Shown here: one piece after another, positions 9,064 to 17,719 of the stretch
How positions within the stretch are numbered: position 1 is the stretch's first letter
Layout of the letters: every line of letters starts with the position of its first letter
Source: Xanthobacteraceae bacterium
GTDB lineage: Bacteria > Pseudomonadota > Alphaproteobacteria > Rhizobiales > Xanthobacteraceae
DNA: 64,000 nt
Direction of reading: 5' to 3'
NCBI GenBank assembly: GCA_030037645.1
Contig: JASHQI010000120.1
Location: 7,674 to 71,673 of the forward strand
The notes under the pieces: model-generated
Seen by the model: the letters and a program-made list of their open reading frames with translations, nothing else
What the model was told of the DNA's origin: nothing
Databases searched by the model: none
Position numbers and translations under genes: made by a program

Positions 9064-10850
9064 AGGATCACGGGCTTGATCTTGCGGTCATTGGCAACGG
9101 CCGCACGGCTGCTTTGGTCGATCCATGCTCGCGTCTTGTTTGGTGGTGCTATCCGCGATTCGACGGCGACCCGATTTTCTGCCGACTGGTGTCGGGAGCC
9201 AAAGAGAAGGGCTTCTCCGACGTCGTGCTCGACGACATGACGGAGTTTCATTCCGAATATGTGCGCAATACGGCGATTGTCGCCACCGAACTGACCGACC
9301 GGCAAGGCGGCAAGGTGCGGATCACCGACTTCGCCCCGCGCTTTCGCCAGTTCGGCCGCGTCTTTCGGCCGCCGCAGCTTTTTCGCATCATCGAGCCGGT
9401 CGCCGGCCTGCCGCGCATTACCATCAGGATGCGCCCCACCTGCGAGTACGGGAAGCCTCTGCCGCACAGTTCGCTCGGCAGCAACCACATCCGCTACTCC
9501 CGCGACGGCTTCGTGATCCGGTTGACCACGGATGCACCGCTGTCGTTGATCGACAACGAAGCGTCCTTTGTTGTGACCCGCCCGCTGCACCTGGTGTTTG
9601 GTCCGGACGAACCCTTTACCGGCGATCTGCAGAAGACCTGCCGGGATTTTGTCGAACGCACGCACGATTATTGGATGGAATGGGTCCGCCGATTGTCGAT
9701 CTCATACGATTGGCAGGAGGCCATTATTCGCGCGGCCATCACACTCAAGCTCAGCAATTTCGACGAGACCGGCGGGGTCATTGCCGCCCATACCACCTCA
9801 ATTCCGGAGGCACCTTCCTCCGGTCGCACCTGGGACTACCGTTACTGCTGGCTGCGCGATGCCTATTTCGTCGTCCAAGCCCTCAACCGCATCGGCGCGA
9901 CGCGCACCATGGAGGAGTTCATCTCCTTCACTCTTTCGATCGCGGCGAAGCCCGACCACGAATTGCGTCCGGTCTACAGCGTGGTGCCGACGATCATGAT
10001 CGAGGAACGGACCGCACCCGACCTCGAAGGCTATCGCGGCGACGGCCCGGTGCGGATCGGCAACGCTGCAGTCGGGCAGGTTCAGCATGACGCCTATGGC
10101 AGCGTCATTCTCGCCGCCATGCCGATGTTTTTCGACCGCCGCCTGCCGCGACCGGGCGACGAAGGGTTGTTTCATTTGCTCGAATCGCTCGGCGACCGCG
10201 CCGCCAACAAAGCGTTCGAACCGGATGCCGGCATCTGGGAATATCGCGGGCGCTCGCGCATTCATACCCATTCGGCGGCAATGTGCTGGGCGGGCTGTCA
10301 GCGGCTTGCCGCAATCGCTGCGCGCATTGGCCTGACGGATCGGGCCAAGCATTGGAATTCGATTGCCGATCCGATTCACGCCGCGCTGCTCGATGGCGCC
10401 TGGAACGAGAAGCGCGGCGCCTTTACCGCGGCGTTCGGCTCGGATGATCTCGATGCCAGCGTGCTGCTGCTTGCCGATCTCGGCGTCGTCGAAGTGGACG
10501 ACCCGCGCTTTTCTTCGACCGTGGCCGCCATGGAGCGCGAATTGATGCGCGAAAAGCACGTCATGCGCTACGCCAACGCCGACGATTTCGGAATGCCGGT
10601 GACGGCGTTCCTGATCTGCCGGTTCTGGCTGATCGACGCGCTGTGGTCGCTTGGGCGGCGCGACGCCGCGCGCGACCTGTTCATCGATGCGCTCAGTCAT
10701 CGCAACCGCTATGGGTTGCTTTCCGAAGACGTTGACCCAAAGACCGGCACGCTGTGGGGCAATTTCCCGCAGACTTATTCCATGGCCGGCCTGATCCTCT
10801 CCGCGATGCGGCTATCGCGAAGCTGGGAGGACCGTTACTGGCGCGGATGA
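9060..10850 (+). CDS. Glycoside hydrolase family 15 protein (glucoamylase/trehalase-like), copy 1
   Basis: The start MKDHGLDLAVIGNGRTAALVD is translationally coupled to otsB. GH15 hallmarks are present: WDYRYCWLRDA and YGLLSEDVDPKTG..WGNFPQTYS. Confidence 0.85.
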   Translation: MKDHGLDLAVIGNGRTAALVDPCSRLVWWCYPRFDGDPIFCRLVSGAKEKGFSDVVLDDMTEFHSEYVRNTAIVATELTDRQGGKVRITDFAPRFRQFGRVFRPPQLFRIIEPVAGLPRITIRMRPTCEYGKPLPHSSLGSNHIRYSRDGFVIRLTTDAPLSLIDNEASFVVTRPLHLVFGPDEPFTGDLQKTCRDFVERTHDYWMEWVRRLSISYDWQEAIIRAAITLKLSNFDETGGVIAAHTTSIPEAPSSGRTWDYRYCWLRDAYFVVQALNRIGATRTMEEFISFTLSIAAKPDHELRPVYSVVPTIMIEERTAPDLEGYRGDGPVRIGNAAVGQVQHDAYGSVILAAMPMFFDRRLPRPGDEGLFHLLESLGDRAANKAFEPDAGIWEYRGRSRIHTHSAAMCWAGCQRLAAIAARIGLTDRAKHWNSIADPIHAALLDGAWNEKRGAFTAAFGSDDLDASVLLLADLGVVEVDDPRFSSTVAAMERELMREKHVMRYANADDFGMPVTAFLICRFWLIDALWSLGRRDAARDLFIDALSHRNRYGLLSEDVDPKTGTLWGNFPQTYSMAGLILSAMRLSRSWEDRYWRG

Positions 10851-10899
10851 GCGGGCGCGAGAGCAACCGGCAGCTCATTGCAGGCAGAGCACCCTTTAC

Positions 10900-10989
10900 T
10901 CAATTGAGATTTTTGTTGAAATAAATGGAGCCCCAGATCACGAGGACCCACGTCGCGACCAAGATGCCGACCGGGACGAGCGTTTCCAT
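10900..10989 (-). CDS. Hypothetical 29-aa single-TM peptide (METLVPVGILVATWVLVIWGSIYFNKNLN)
   Basis: The ATG is preceded by GAGGGAG with a spacing of about 7 nt. The core is hydrophobic. The family is not recognised and the ORF is too short for composition statistics. Confidence 0.35.
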   Translation of the reverse strand: METLVPVGILVATWVLVIWGSIYFNKNLN

Positions 10990-11282
10990 GTCATTGCTCC
11001 CTCGATGGTGGACGTTCCTCTCACATTTGTTTATTCGATCGCCTCGTCGGCGCAGGTCCGCGCCTCGGAGGATCGGCTTGTCGCGGTCCGTTGGCTTTTT
11101 TCCAGGCCGCAGCCCGTATTTTAGAGCATGATCCTGGAAGTGGGTATGCCCCCTTCGGCGCGACCTTTCGGCCAGTGCGTCGCTCGAAGGTACCGAGTTT
11201 CTGGCCACGCATTTGCGTGCCAAACGCAACATGCGTACGCAGCGAAATACAATCGCATGCCGCCAAGCAGGCGATGATCAAG

Positions 11283-11417
11283 CTAGAGCGCGATCGTTTC
11301 AAGCTGAATCGATTTGGCGCTCTAGTCTGGCAGGATTTTGATGAAGCATGATCTGTTCGGAAAACCGGTATCCATCCCCGGATCAAGTCCGAGGACAGGC
11401 TTTTTCCGGGTCATGCT
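11283..11417. repeat. Intergenic double-hairpin repeat, copy A (CTAGAGCGC…GCGCTCTAG plus AGCATGATC…G(G/A)TCATGCT)
   Basis: Aligns with 24645..24745 in the same orientation. Copy A carries an extra insert of about 30 nt in the second hairpin. Confidence 0.8.
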
Positions 11418-11464
11418 CTGGCCGCCGCTTGCTTGATGAACAAGCGGCGGACCACGCAATTGGT

Positions 11465-12799
11465 CTAAGCCGTCGGCGGCGCGATCTCGTCCAGACTCTT
11501 CTGCCGCGCCTCCGGACCGAGGAAAATCACCGAAACCGCGGCGATCAAAAGCACGATCGCGAGACAGATGAATACCGTCGGCAGCCCCCAGCCATTCTTG
11601 ATCCACAGGATCGCCGGAACGATGCCGGACGTGGCGAGCCGGCCGACGCCCGCGGCCCAACCAAAGCCCGAGGCCCGCGCATTGGTCGGAAACACCTCGG
11701 ACGCGAAGATCTGCATCGCATTGCCGGCAACCTGAATGAAGAACACCATGATGAAGCCGGTGACCAAGAGCTCGGTATCGGACGCCGCGTTCGCAAACGC
11801 GATGGCCGTGAGGCCTGCTCCGATGAAAGCGACGATCGACGTGATCTTGCGGCCGAACTTATCGAGCGTGTACATCATGCAGATGCTGGCGCACGGCACC
11901 GCGAAGTTCATGGCGAGGGTGTAAGTGAGCGACTTGGTGATGGTGAAACCCTTGTCGACCATGATGCTGGGCAGCCACGCACCAAGACCGATGGCAACAC
12001 CGAAGAACGCGGAGAAACAGATCATGCCGGCGATGACGCGGACCGGGAACATGCTGAAGACGACCCCGAACGGGTCGCTCTTGCTGTCGCTCGCGGCGTC
12101 GGTCGTCAGCGGCTCCTTCGGCGCCGCGATGCCGAGACGGGCGAGCACGTCGAGCGCGTCTTGGCCGCGCCCGTGCGTCGACAGATAGCGCGGCGACTCG
12201 GGCAGCGTAAAGCGGAGCACCCAGACGATCAGCGCGCCGACACCGAAGCAAACCCACACGCCTTGCCAGCCGAGCTTGTCGCGGAAGGCGAGGACGAACA
12301 GCGTTGAGATCGGCCACACGCAGGCGCCGCCGACGAAATGGATGATCGACAGGACGCGGCCGCGGATCGCCTTGGGCGAATATTCGCCGGCATAGGCGAA
12401 GCAGAGCGGCTGCTCAGAGCCGAGCCCAAGGCCGGCGATGAAGCGGCAAGCGACCAGGACGGTGATATTCGGCGAGAAGGCGCCGAGGATCGTGAACACG
12501 CCGAACAGCAGAAGATTGAACTGATAGACGAAGCGGCGGCCGAACCGGTCGGTGAATTCGCCCTGGGCGATGGTCCCGATGAACATGCCGAGCGTGGTGG
12601 CGCTGACGATCGCGGCGGCGCCGCCGGGCGTAGCGAAACCCGATTTGATCATGTCGGGGAACAGCGAGCCCTGCACGATGTAATCGATGACATCGAAGAA
12701 ATAGCCCGCGGCAATGAGTGAGATTATCTTGACATGGAGCGGCGTAATCTTCGCCTCATCCAAGGATGAGCCGACGAATGCTTCGATTGTCTGAGCCAT
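11465..12799 (-). CDS. MFS transporter (sugar-porter type)
   Basis: 444 aa with the motifs DRFGRR, PESPRYL and a terminal PEARQKSLDEI. Confidence 0.85.
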   Translation of the reverse strand: MAQTIEAFVGSSLDEAKITPLHVKIISLIAAGYFFDVIDYIVQGSLFPDMIKSGFATPGGAAAIVSATTLGMFIGTIAQGEFTDRFGRRFVYQFNLLLFGVFTILGAFSPNITVLVACRFIAGLGLGSEQPLCFAYAGEYSPKAIRGRVLSIIHFVGGACVWPISTLFVLAFRDKLGWQGVWVCFGVGALIVWVLRFTLPESPRYLSTHGRGQDALDVLARLGIAAPKEPLTTDAASDSKSDPFGVVFSMFPVRVIAGMICFSAFFGVAIGLGAWLPSIMVDKGFTITKSLTYTLAMNFAVPCASICMMYTLDKFGRKITSIVAFIGAGLTAIAFANAASDTELLVTGFIMVFFIQVAGNAMQIFASEVFPTNARASGFGWAAGVGRLATSGIVPAILWIKNGWGLPTVFICLAIVLLIAAVSVIFLGPEARQKSLDEIAPPTA

Positions 12800-12901
12800 T
12801 TAAATTCTCCCCGGAATGCCCCTGCGGCCGCTTGTGCGGTTCTTGGTGCGACCCACTGTGAAGGGGCGCTGTCCCACTGTCAATGTGGATGCGCCAGACG
12901 A

Positions 12902-14119
12902 CTACGCGCCCTCGAACTGCATGATGTTCAGCCCAGCGTTGGAATCGGTGAGATACATCACGCCATCGGCATCGACGAAGCAATCGCAGGATTGGATCAC
13001 TTGCGGCCGATTGGGTCGCGGATCGAACATGCGTTTGGGATCGGATGGCACGAAATAGGCGATTTCCCGCGGGGCAAACGGATTCTTGATGTCATAAGCG
13101 CGCACGCCGGCATTGTGCATCGTCGCAAAAATGATTTGGGAACTCTGGAACGCTCCGGGCCGGTTCTCCCAAAGATTGTGCGGGCCGAAATTACCGCCCT
13201 TCTTGCAATACTCCGCCTCATCCGGAACCGGGAACGTGGCAATGCTCACCGGATTGGCCGGCACGCGCACGTCGAAGATCCAGATATAGCGCAGGCCGAG
13301 TTTGCAATCGGCGAAGTTCGCCTCGTCGGCGACCACCAGCAGATTGCGGTCCGGCAACGGCAGCGGCGAATGGGTGCCGCCGCCGAACGGTGGATCCCAG
13401 TTCCGATGCGAAACGAGCACCGGCTTCTTCGGATCGGCCACGTCGATCACGGCGAGCCCGCCATCGCGCCAAGCGCCATAGGCGAGATTGCCGGCCACCA
13501 GGGCGTGATGCAGCGCGTAGCGCCGGCCCTTCGGCCAAGTCGGCTGCTCGCCGCCGACGGACCACATGCCCGGCAGCCAAAATTTGCCGACGACCTGCGG
13601 TCGCGTCAGCTCCGCCATATCGACGATCACCAGCACATGGTCGGAAAATTCGGGCAGATGCACCGAAACATAGGCGTAGCGACCGCCGACATACCAAATG
13701 CGGTGTGGTCCCAAACCGCCGAGCGGCAGGAAAGCGATTTCGCGGGGTGCTTCCGGCCGCGACAGATCGTAGACGCGTAGCCCGCCGGTAAACCGCTGGT
13801 CCTTGAGCTGCTCGGCCGAGCTGCCGGAAAAATAGGCCTCCTGGCTCACCTGCATGGTCCAGACGCTGGGTCCGTTGACCGCCAAGAGCAAATCGCCATG
13901 CGTCTGCAGATGGTGCGCACGGGTATTCGGCGGACAGGCGATGAAGTTCACAGCTTTCGGATTTTTGGGATCGCGCACGTCGATGACGGTGATGCCGTTG
14001 GAAAAGCCGTGGCCGATATAGGCGAAGCCGCGATTGACCATGACCTGCACGCCGTCGCCGCGGCCGCCCTGGTCGCTGTGGCTGATGAACTTGATGTTGC
14101 GCGACGCCACGGCATTCAT
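12902..14119 (-). CDS. LVIVD-repeat beta-propeller protein of unknown function (cytoplasmic)
   Basis: 405 aa with no signal peptide. Repeated blades end in ITVIDVRDPKNP, LRVYDLSRPEAP, VLVIVDMAELTRP, LAVIDVADPKKP, IWIFDVRVPANP and VRAYDIKNPFAP. These match the LVIVD repeat as I know it. Confidence 0.7.
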   Translation of the reverse strand: MNAVASRNIKFISHSDQGGRGDGVQVMVNRGFAYIGHGFSNGITVIDVRDPKNPKAVNFIACPPNTRAHHLQTHGDLLLAVNGPSVWTMQVSQEAYFSGSSAEQLKDQRFTGGLRVYDLSRPEAPREIAFLPLGGLGPHRIWYVGGRYAYVSVHLPEFSDHVLVIVDMAELTRPQVVGKFWLPGMWSVGGEQPTWPKGRRYALHHALVAGNLAYGAWRDGGLAVIDVADPKKPVLVSHRNWDPPFGGGTHSPLPLPDRNLLVVADEANFADCKLGLRYIWIFDVRVPANPVSIATFPVPDEAEYCKKGGNFGPHNLWENRPGAFQSSQIIFATMHNAGVRAYDIKNPFAPREIAYFVPSDPKRMFDPRPNRPQVIQSCDCFVDADGVMYLTDSNAGLNIMQFEGA

Positions 14120-14231
14120 GAACCGATCCTCCCCAGATATTGCAGCGGTTTGCTAACGAGTCGGCCGAGCCGTCGCCCGGCATGCCAATCCGGATGACGT
14201 CTCGGTCACGCCGGCCGCAACGATCATTCAA

Positions 14232-15593
14232 TCAGCGCGGCGCCGAGAGCGGCCGCTGGGCCGGTGGTGTCGCAATTTTCTTCGCCCTCTCCAACCTGAT
14301 AAGGCCAAGAACAGCAAGTGCGGCAATCACCGACGGAATGGCGCCGGCGCCGAAAATCTCGGCGCGGGTCCAGTGCATCGCCAACATGATGCCACCGACG
14401 GTGGGGCCGACGATTGCGCCGATGCGACCGATGCCAAGCGCCCAGCCGACGCCGGTGGCGCGAATATAAGTCGGATAGAAAACGGCGGCGAACGCGTTGG
14501 CAACATTCTGGCCGGTAACAATGCCGACGCCGGCCGCGCAGGAGACCAACAGGATCAGGAGGAACGAGCCGCCGACCGACCCAATCGCGGCAATGCCGAT
14601 TGCGGCGAGCAGATAAAGCGGCAATAGCACGGCGAGACAGCCGCGCCGATCGAGCAACGGCCCGACCGCAAACGCGCCGACGACGCCGCTTCCCTGAAGC
14701 GCCGCGGTGGCGATCGCCGACGCCGAGATCGAGAAACCCGCATCATGCAGCACCTCTGGCAGCCAGCTCGTCAGCAGGAAAATGTCGAGCAAGCTCATGA
14801 AGAACACGATCCAGATCAGCACAGTACCTAAGGCGCGACCCTCCCGCATCAGGTGCTTGACGGTCAGACCAGGCACGCGTTCTTCCGCCATGACAAAACG
14901 CGTCCCACGCGGCAGGTCGCTGTGCGGATCGATCCGGCGCAAGATTGCCCCGATTTGATCGGGATTCATTTCTTTGACGACGAGATGCCTGATCGATTCC
15001 GGGAGAAACATCACGAACAGCGCCGCCAGCACCAGGGGCAGAATTCCGCCGACAACGAAGACCATCGGCCAGCCATAGGTGGGAATAATCGCCGCAGCCA
15101 GGAAGCCGCCGAGGGAAGCGCCCAGCGGGAAGCCGCAGAACATGATGACCGTCATCCACGAGCGCATGCGGGCCGGAAAATATTCGGACGTCATGGCGAT
15201 GGCGTTTGCCATGCCGCCGGCCAAGCCCATGTCGGTGAGGAACCGTAGCACGCTGAGCGAAAGCATCGAGTGCGCCGTCGCCGAGACAAGCGAAAAAATG
15301 CCGAAGGCGATAAGGCATCCGATCAGAATTCGTTTGCGACCCAGCCAATCGGCCAGCGGCGCAACCACGAGGCAGCCGATCAACAAGCCGATCAGTCCGC
15401 TGACGAACACGGTGGTGAATTCGTGTGGCGGAATGTGCCAATCGCGAATGATCGCCGGCGCCACGTAGCCAATGTTCTGGGTATCGAAGCCTTCGATGGC
15501 GGCTGCGGCCGCGCAGCACACGAGCACCAAAATTTGAAGGCTACTGACCCTTCGGCCGTTGATCCAGCCGGCTACCTCGATCGGCGTTTCCAT
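14232..15593 (-). CDS. MFS transporter (aromatic-acid:H+ symporter-like)
   Basis: 12-TM pattern with the motifs DWLGRKR and LPESIRHLV. The start is taken at METPIEV…; the ORF is open to 15623. Confidence 0.8.
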   Translation of the reverse strand: METPIEVAGWINGRRVSSLQILVLVCCAAAAAIEGFDTQNIGYVAPAIIRDWHIPPHEFTTVFVSGLIGLLIGCLVVAPLADWLGRKRILIGCLIAFGIFSLVSATAHSMLSLSVLRFLTDMGLAGGMANAIAMTSEYFPARMRSWMTVIMFCGFPLGASLGGFLAAAIIPTYGWPMVFVVGGILPLVLAALFVMFLPESIRHLVVKEMNPDQIGAILRRIDPHSDLPRGTRFVMAEERVPGLTVKHLMREGRALGTVLIWIVFFMSLLDIFLLTSWLPEVLHDAGFSISASAIATAALQGSGVVGAFAVGPLLDRRGCLAVLLPLYLLAAIGIAAIGSVGGSFLLILLVSCAAGVGIVTGQNVANAFAAVFYPTYIRATGVGWALGIGRIGAIVGPTVGGIMLAMHWTRAEIFGAGAIPSVIAALAVLGLIRLERAKKIATPPAQRPLSAPR

Positions 15594-15860
15594 GACATCA
15601 CCTCCGCCCCCTATGGTCAGCATTCTTGGTTGGTCATTGCGGACGAGCCAGGTTTAGGCCGCACCGCCCCTTCGCGCCCGCCGTGACGCTGACACCGCGC
15701 CAAACACACCGACGATCGAAGCGAGATTATTCTATCAGACAACGCCAGCGGAATATACTGTCGCGCATCTGTACGCTGCTGCACAATCGCGACATGGTAG
15801 TTCCAGCGCGATCCGCGCCGAATGGAATTTCCGACGCGATCCGCGCTAACATGAACTGAG

Positions 15861-16817
15861 ATGACCAGGGAGCCCGAGACGATGCCCAGTGCAGCCAGCT
15901 CACGCGGAATGATCGCAGTCGACAAAATGGGCGCCAAAGTTCTGTTCCTCAATCCGGTGACCTATGAAACCGAGATTGTGATCGACGGCTTTCCGCGCAC
16001 AGTGCACGAACTGCTGGTGGTGGCGGAAACCGGCCTCGCCTATGTGCCGATCTTCGGCGACGGCATCCATGGCCGCAATCCCAATCCGCAGCATTTCCTT
16101 TGCATCTTCGATCTCAACAAGCGCGCCCACGTCGGCACCATCGATCTGCGGCCCTATATCGCGCCGCATACGCTCAAGCTCGGCCCCGACGGGCTCATCT
16201 ACATCACGTGCGAGAACAGCGCCGTGGTCGCGGTGATCGATCGGAAGATGAACAAGGTGGTGGAAGCCATCGACTCCGGATCGACCAACGGCCACCGCCT
16301 CATCATCTCTCCGGACGGCCAGCGGCTCTACACCGAGAACGAGGAAGACGGCGCGGTTTCCGTCATCGACCTGCCGCGACGAAAATTGCTGGGCAAGATC
16401 AAGACGCCGCGCCCGCTCGCCGGAATCGCCATCTCGGCGGACGGCCGCACCGTGGTCGCGGTCGACGACGCCGAGCCGAAGCTGATCCTGATCGACACCG
16501 AAGCCGGCAAAGTGCGCAACGAGGTAGCGCTGAAGGACGTACCGAAGGCGGCGCAGATTGCGCGCTACGCCCCCGACAACAGCCTGATCGGCGTCACCAG
16601 CCTGAACAGCGACACGGTGAGTCTCGTCGATCCGTCGTTTCGCGAGCAGACCGCGATCAAGGTCGGCAGCCAGCCCATGGACATGGCGTTCCGCGGCGAC
16701 GAATTATTCGTCGTCTGCCAGGGCGACGGCTCCATGCATGTCATCGACATCCCGAACCGGCGAGCCAAGGCGAGCTACCGTGTCGGCACCGGCTGCGAGT
16801 CCGTCGGCTTTTTTTGA
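15861..16817 (+). CDS. YVTN-type beta-propeller repeat protein
   Basis: 318 aa with repeats such as ISPDGQRLYTENEEDGAVSVIDL and ISADGRTVVAVDD. No obvious signal peptide. Confidence 0.7.
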   Translation: MTREPETMPSAASSRGMIAVDKMGAKVLFLNPVTYETEIVIDGFPRTVHELLVVAETGLAYVPIFGDGIHGRNPNPQHFLCIFDLNKRAHVGTIDLRPYIAPHTLKLGPDGLIYITCENSAVVAVIDRKMNKVVEAIDSGSTNGHRLIISPDGQRLYTENEEDGAVSVIDLPRRKLLGKIKTPRPLAGIAISADGRTVVAVDDAEPKLILIDTEAGKVRNEVALKDVPKAAQIARYAPDNSLIGVTSLNSDTVSLVDPSFREQTAIKVGSQPMDMAFRGDELFVVCQGDGSMHVIDIPNRRAKASYRVGTGCESVGFF

Positions 16818-16918
16818 GACGCCGGCGCAGTGGCCGCAACGGTGTCATCGACGATTCGAAGCGGCGCGCCAGAGCCGGCTATTGCGCCGGCACTGACTGC
16901 GGCCCGTTTTTCAGCAAC

Positions 16919-17566
16919 TCACTTGGCGGGCGTTGGCGGCACGGCTGCCGGCGCTGCCGAAGATGCAGGCGCGGGAGCCGAGGTTGCTGCCGGTGCGCCG
17001 GGCTTCGGCAGACCGACGTAAACGCCGGGCGGGACGACGACCATGACGAATTCCTTGGGCGTCTGGCTCGGGCCGTAAGGTCCGCCGACCTGATGTGACA
17101 CCGGCGGCAGACTCTTGAGATAGGCGGCGATCGCCAGTGCGTCGGATTTCGTCAGGTTGGCGTAAGCATGCCAGGGCATGATCGGCGCCAGGATGCGACC
17201 GTCGGGCGTTTTTCCGGTCGTCAGTGCGGTCACGATCTGCTGCTCGGTCCAGTTTCCCAGTCCGGTCTGCTTATCCGGCGTCAGGTTCGGTGCGACGAAA
17301 ACTCCCAACCCGGGAATCGCGAAGCCGACATCCGATCCGCCGAGGAATCTCTTCATGTCCGGCTTGCCAAAAAAGTTGCCGGGCGTGTGGCAATCGGTGC
17401 AGCTTCCGAACGTGACCAGATATTTACCCCGCGCCACTGCCGCATGGTTGGAATTTATCGGCCTGCCGTATTTTACGGCGGCGTCTACACCATGAACGGC
17501 AATCGTGAGGCAGACACCAACCAGAACGACCCCAAAAATTGCTCGTGTTATGCGGCACGGGTCCAT
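16919..17566 (-). CDS. Membrane-anchored mono-haem c-type cytochrome with Ala/Pro-rich C-terminal tail
   Basis: N-terminal TM helix, a single CxxCH (CTDCH), a distal Met candidate (IMPWHAY), and the tail PGAPAATSAPAPASSAAPAAVPPTPAK. A strong SD (GGGGAAGGGGAG) precedes the ATG. Confidence 0.75.
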   Translation of the reverse strand: MDPCRITRAIFGVVLVGVCLTIAVHGVDAAVKYGRPINSNHAAVARGKYLVTFGSCTDCHTPGNFFGKPDMKRFLGGSDVGFAIPGLGVFVAPNLTPDKQTGLGNWTEQQIVTALTTGKTPDGRILAPIMPWHAYANLTKSDALAIAAYLKSLPPVSHQVGGPYGPSQTPKEFVMVVVPPGVYVGLPKPGAPAATSAPAPASSAAPAAVPPTPAK

Positions 17567-17719
17567 GACACTCCCCTTCCCCGGATGTGATTCAGGCCTG
17601 ATGAACCAGGCGGCGGGTCACTTTGGCGATACCGACTTGAACCGTCAACACGCAATGCGGGGCACTTCGTCGCCGGCCGACCTGGCATTTGGAAAAAGGC
17701 GGATGGATTGCCGGCCCGT

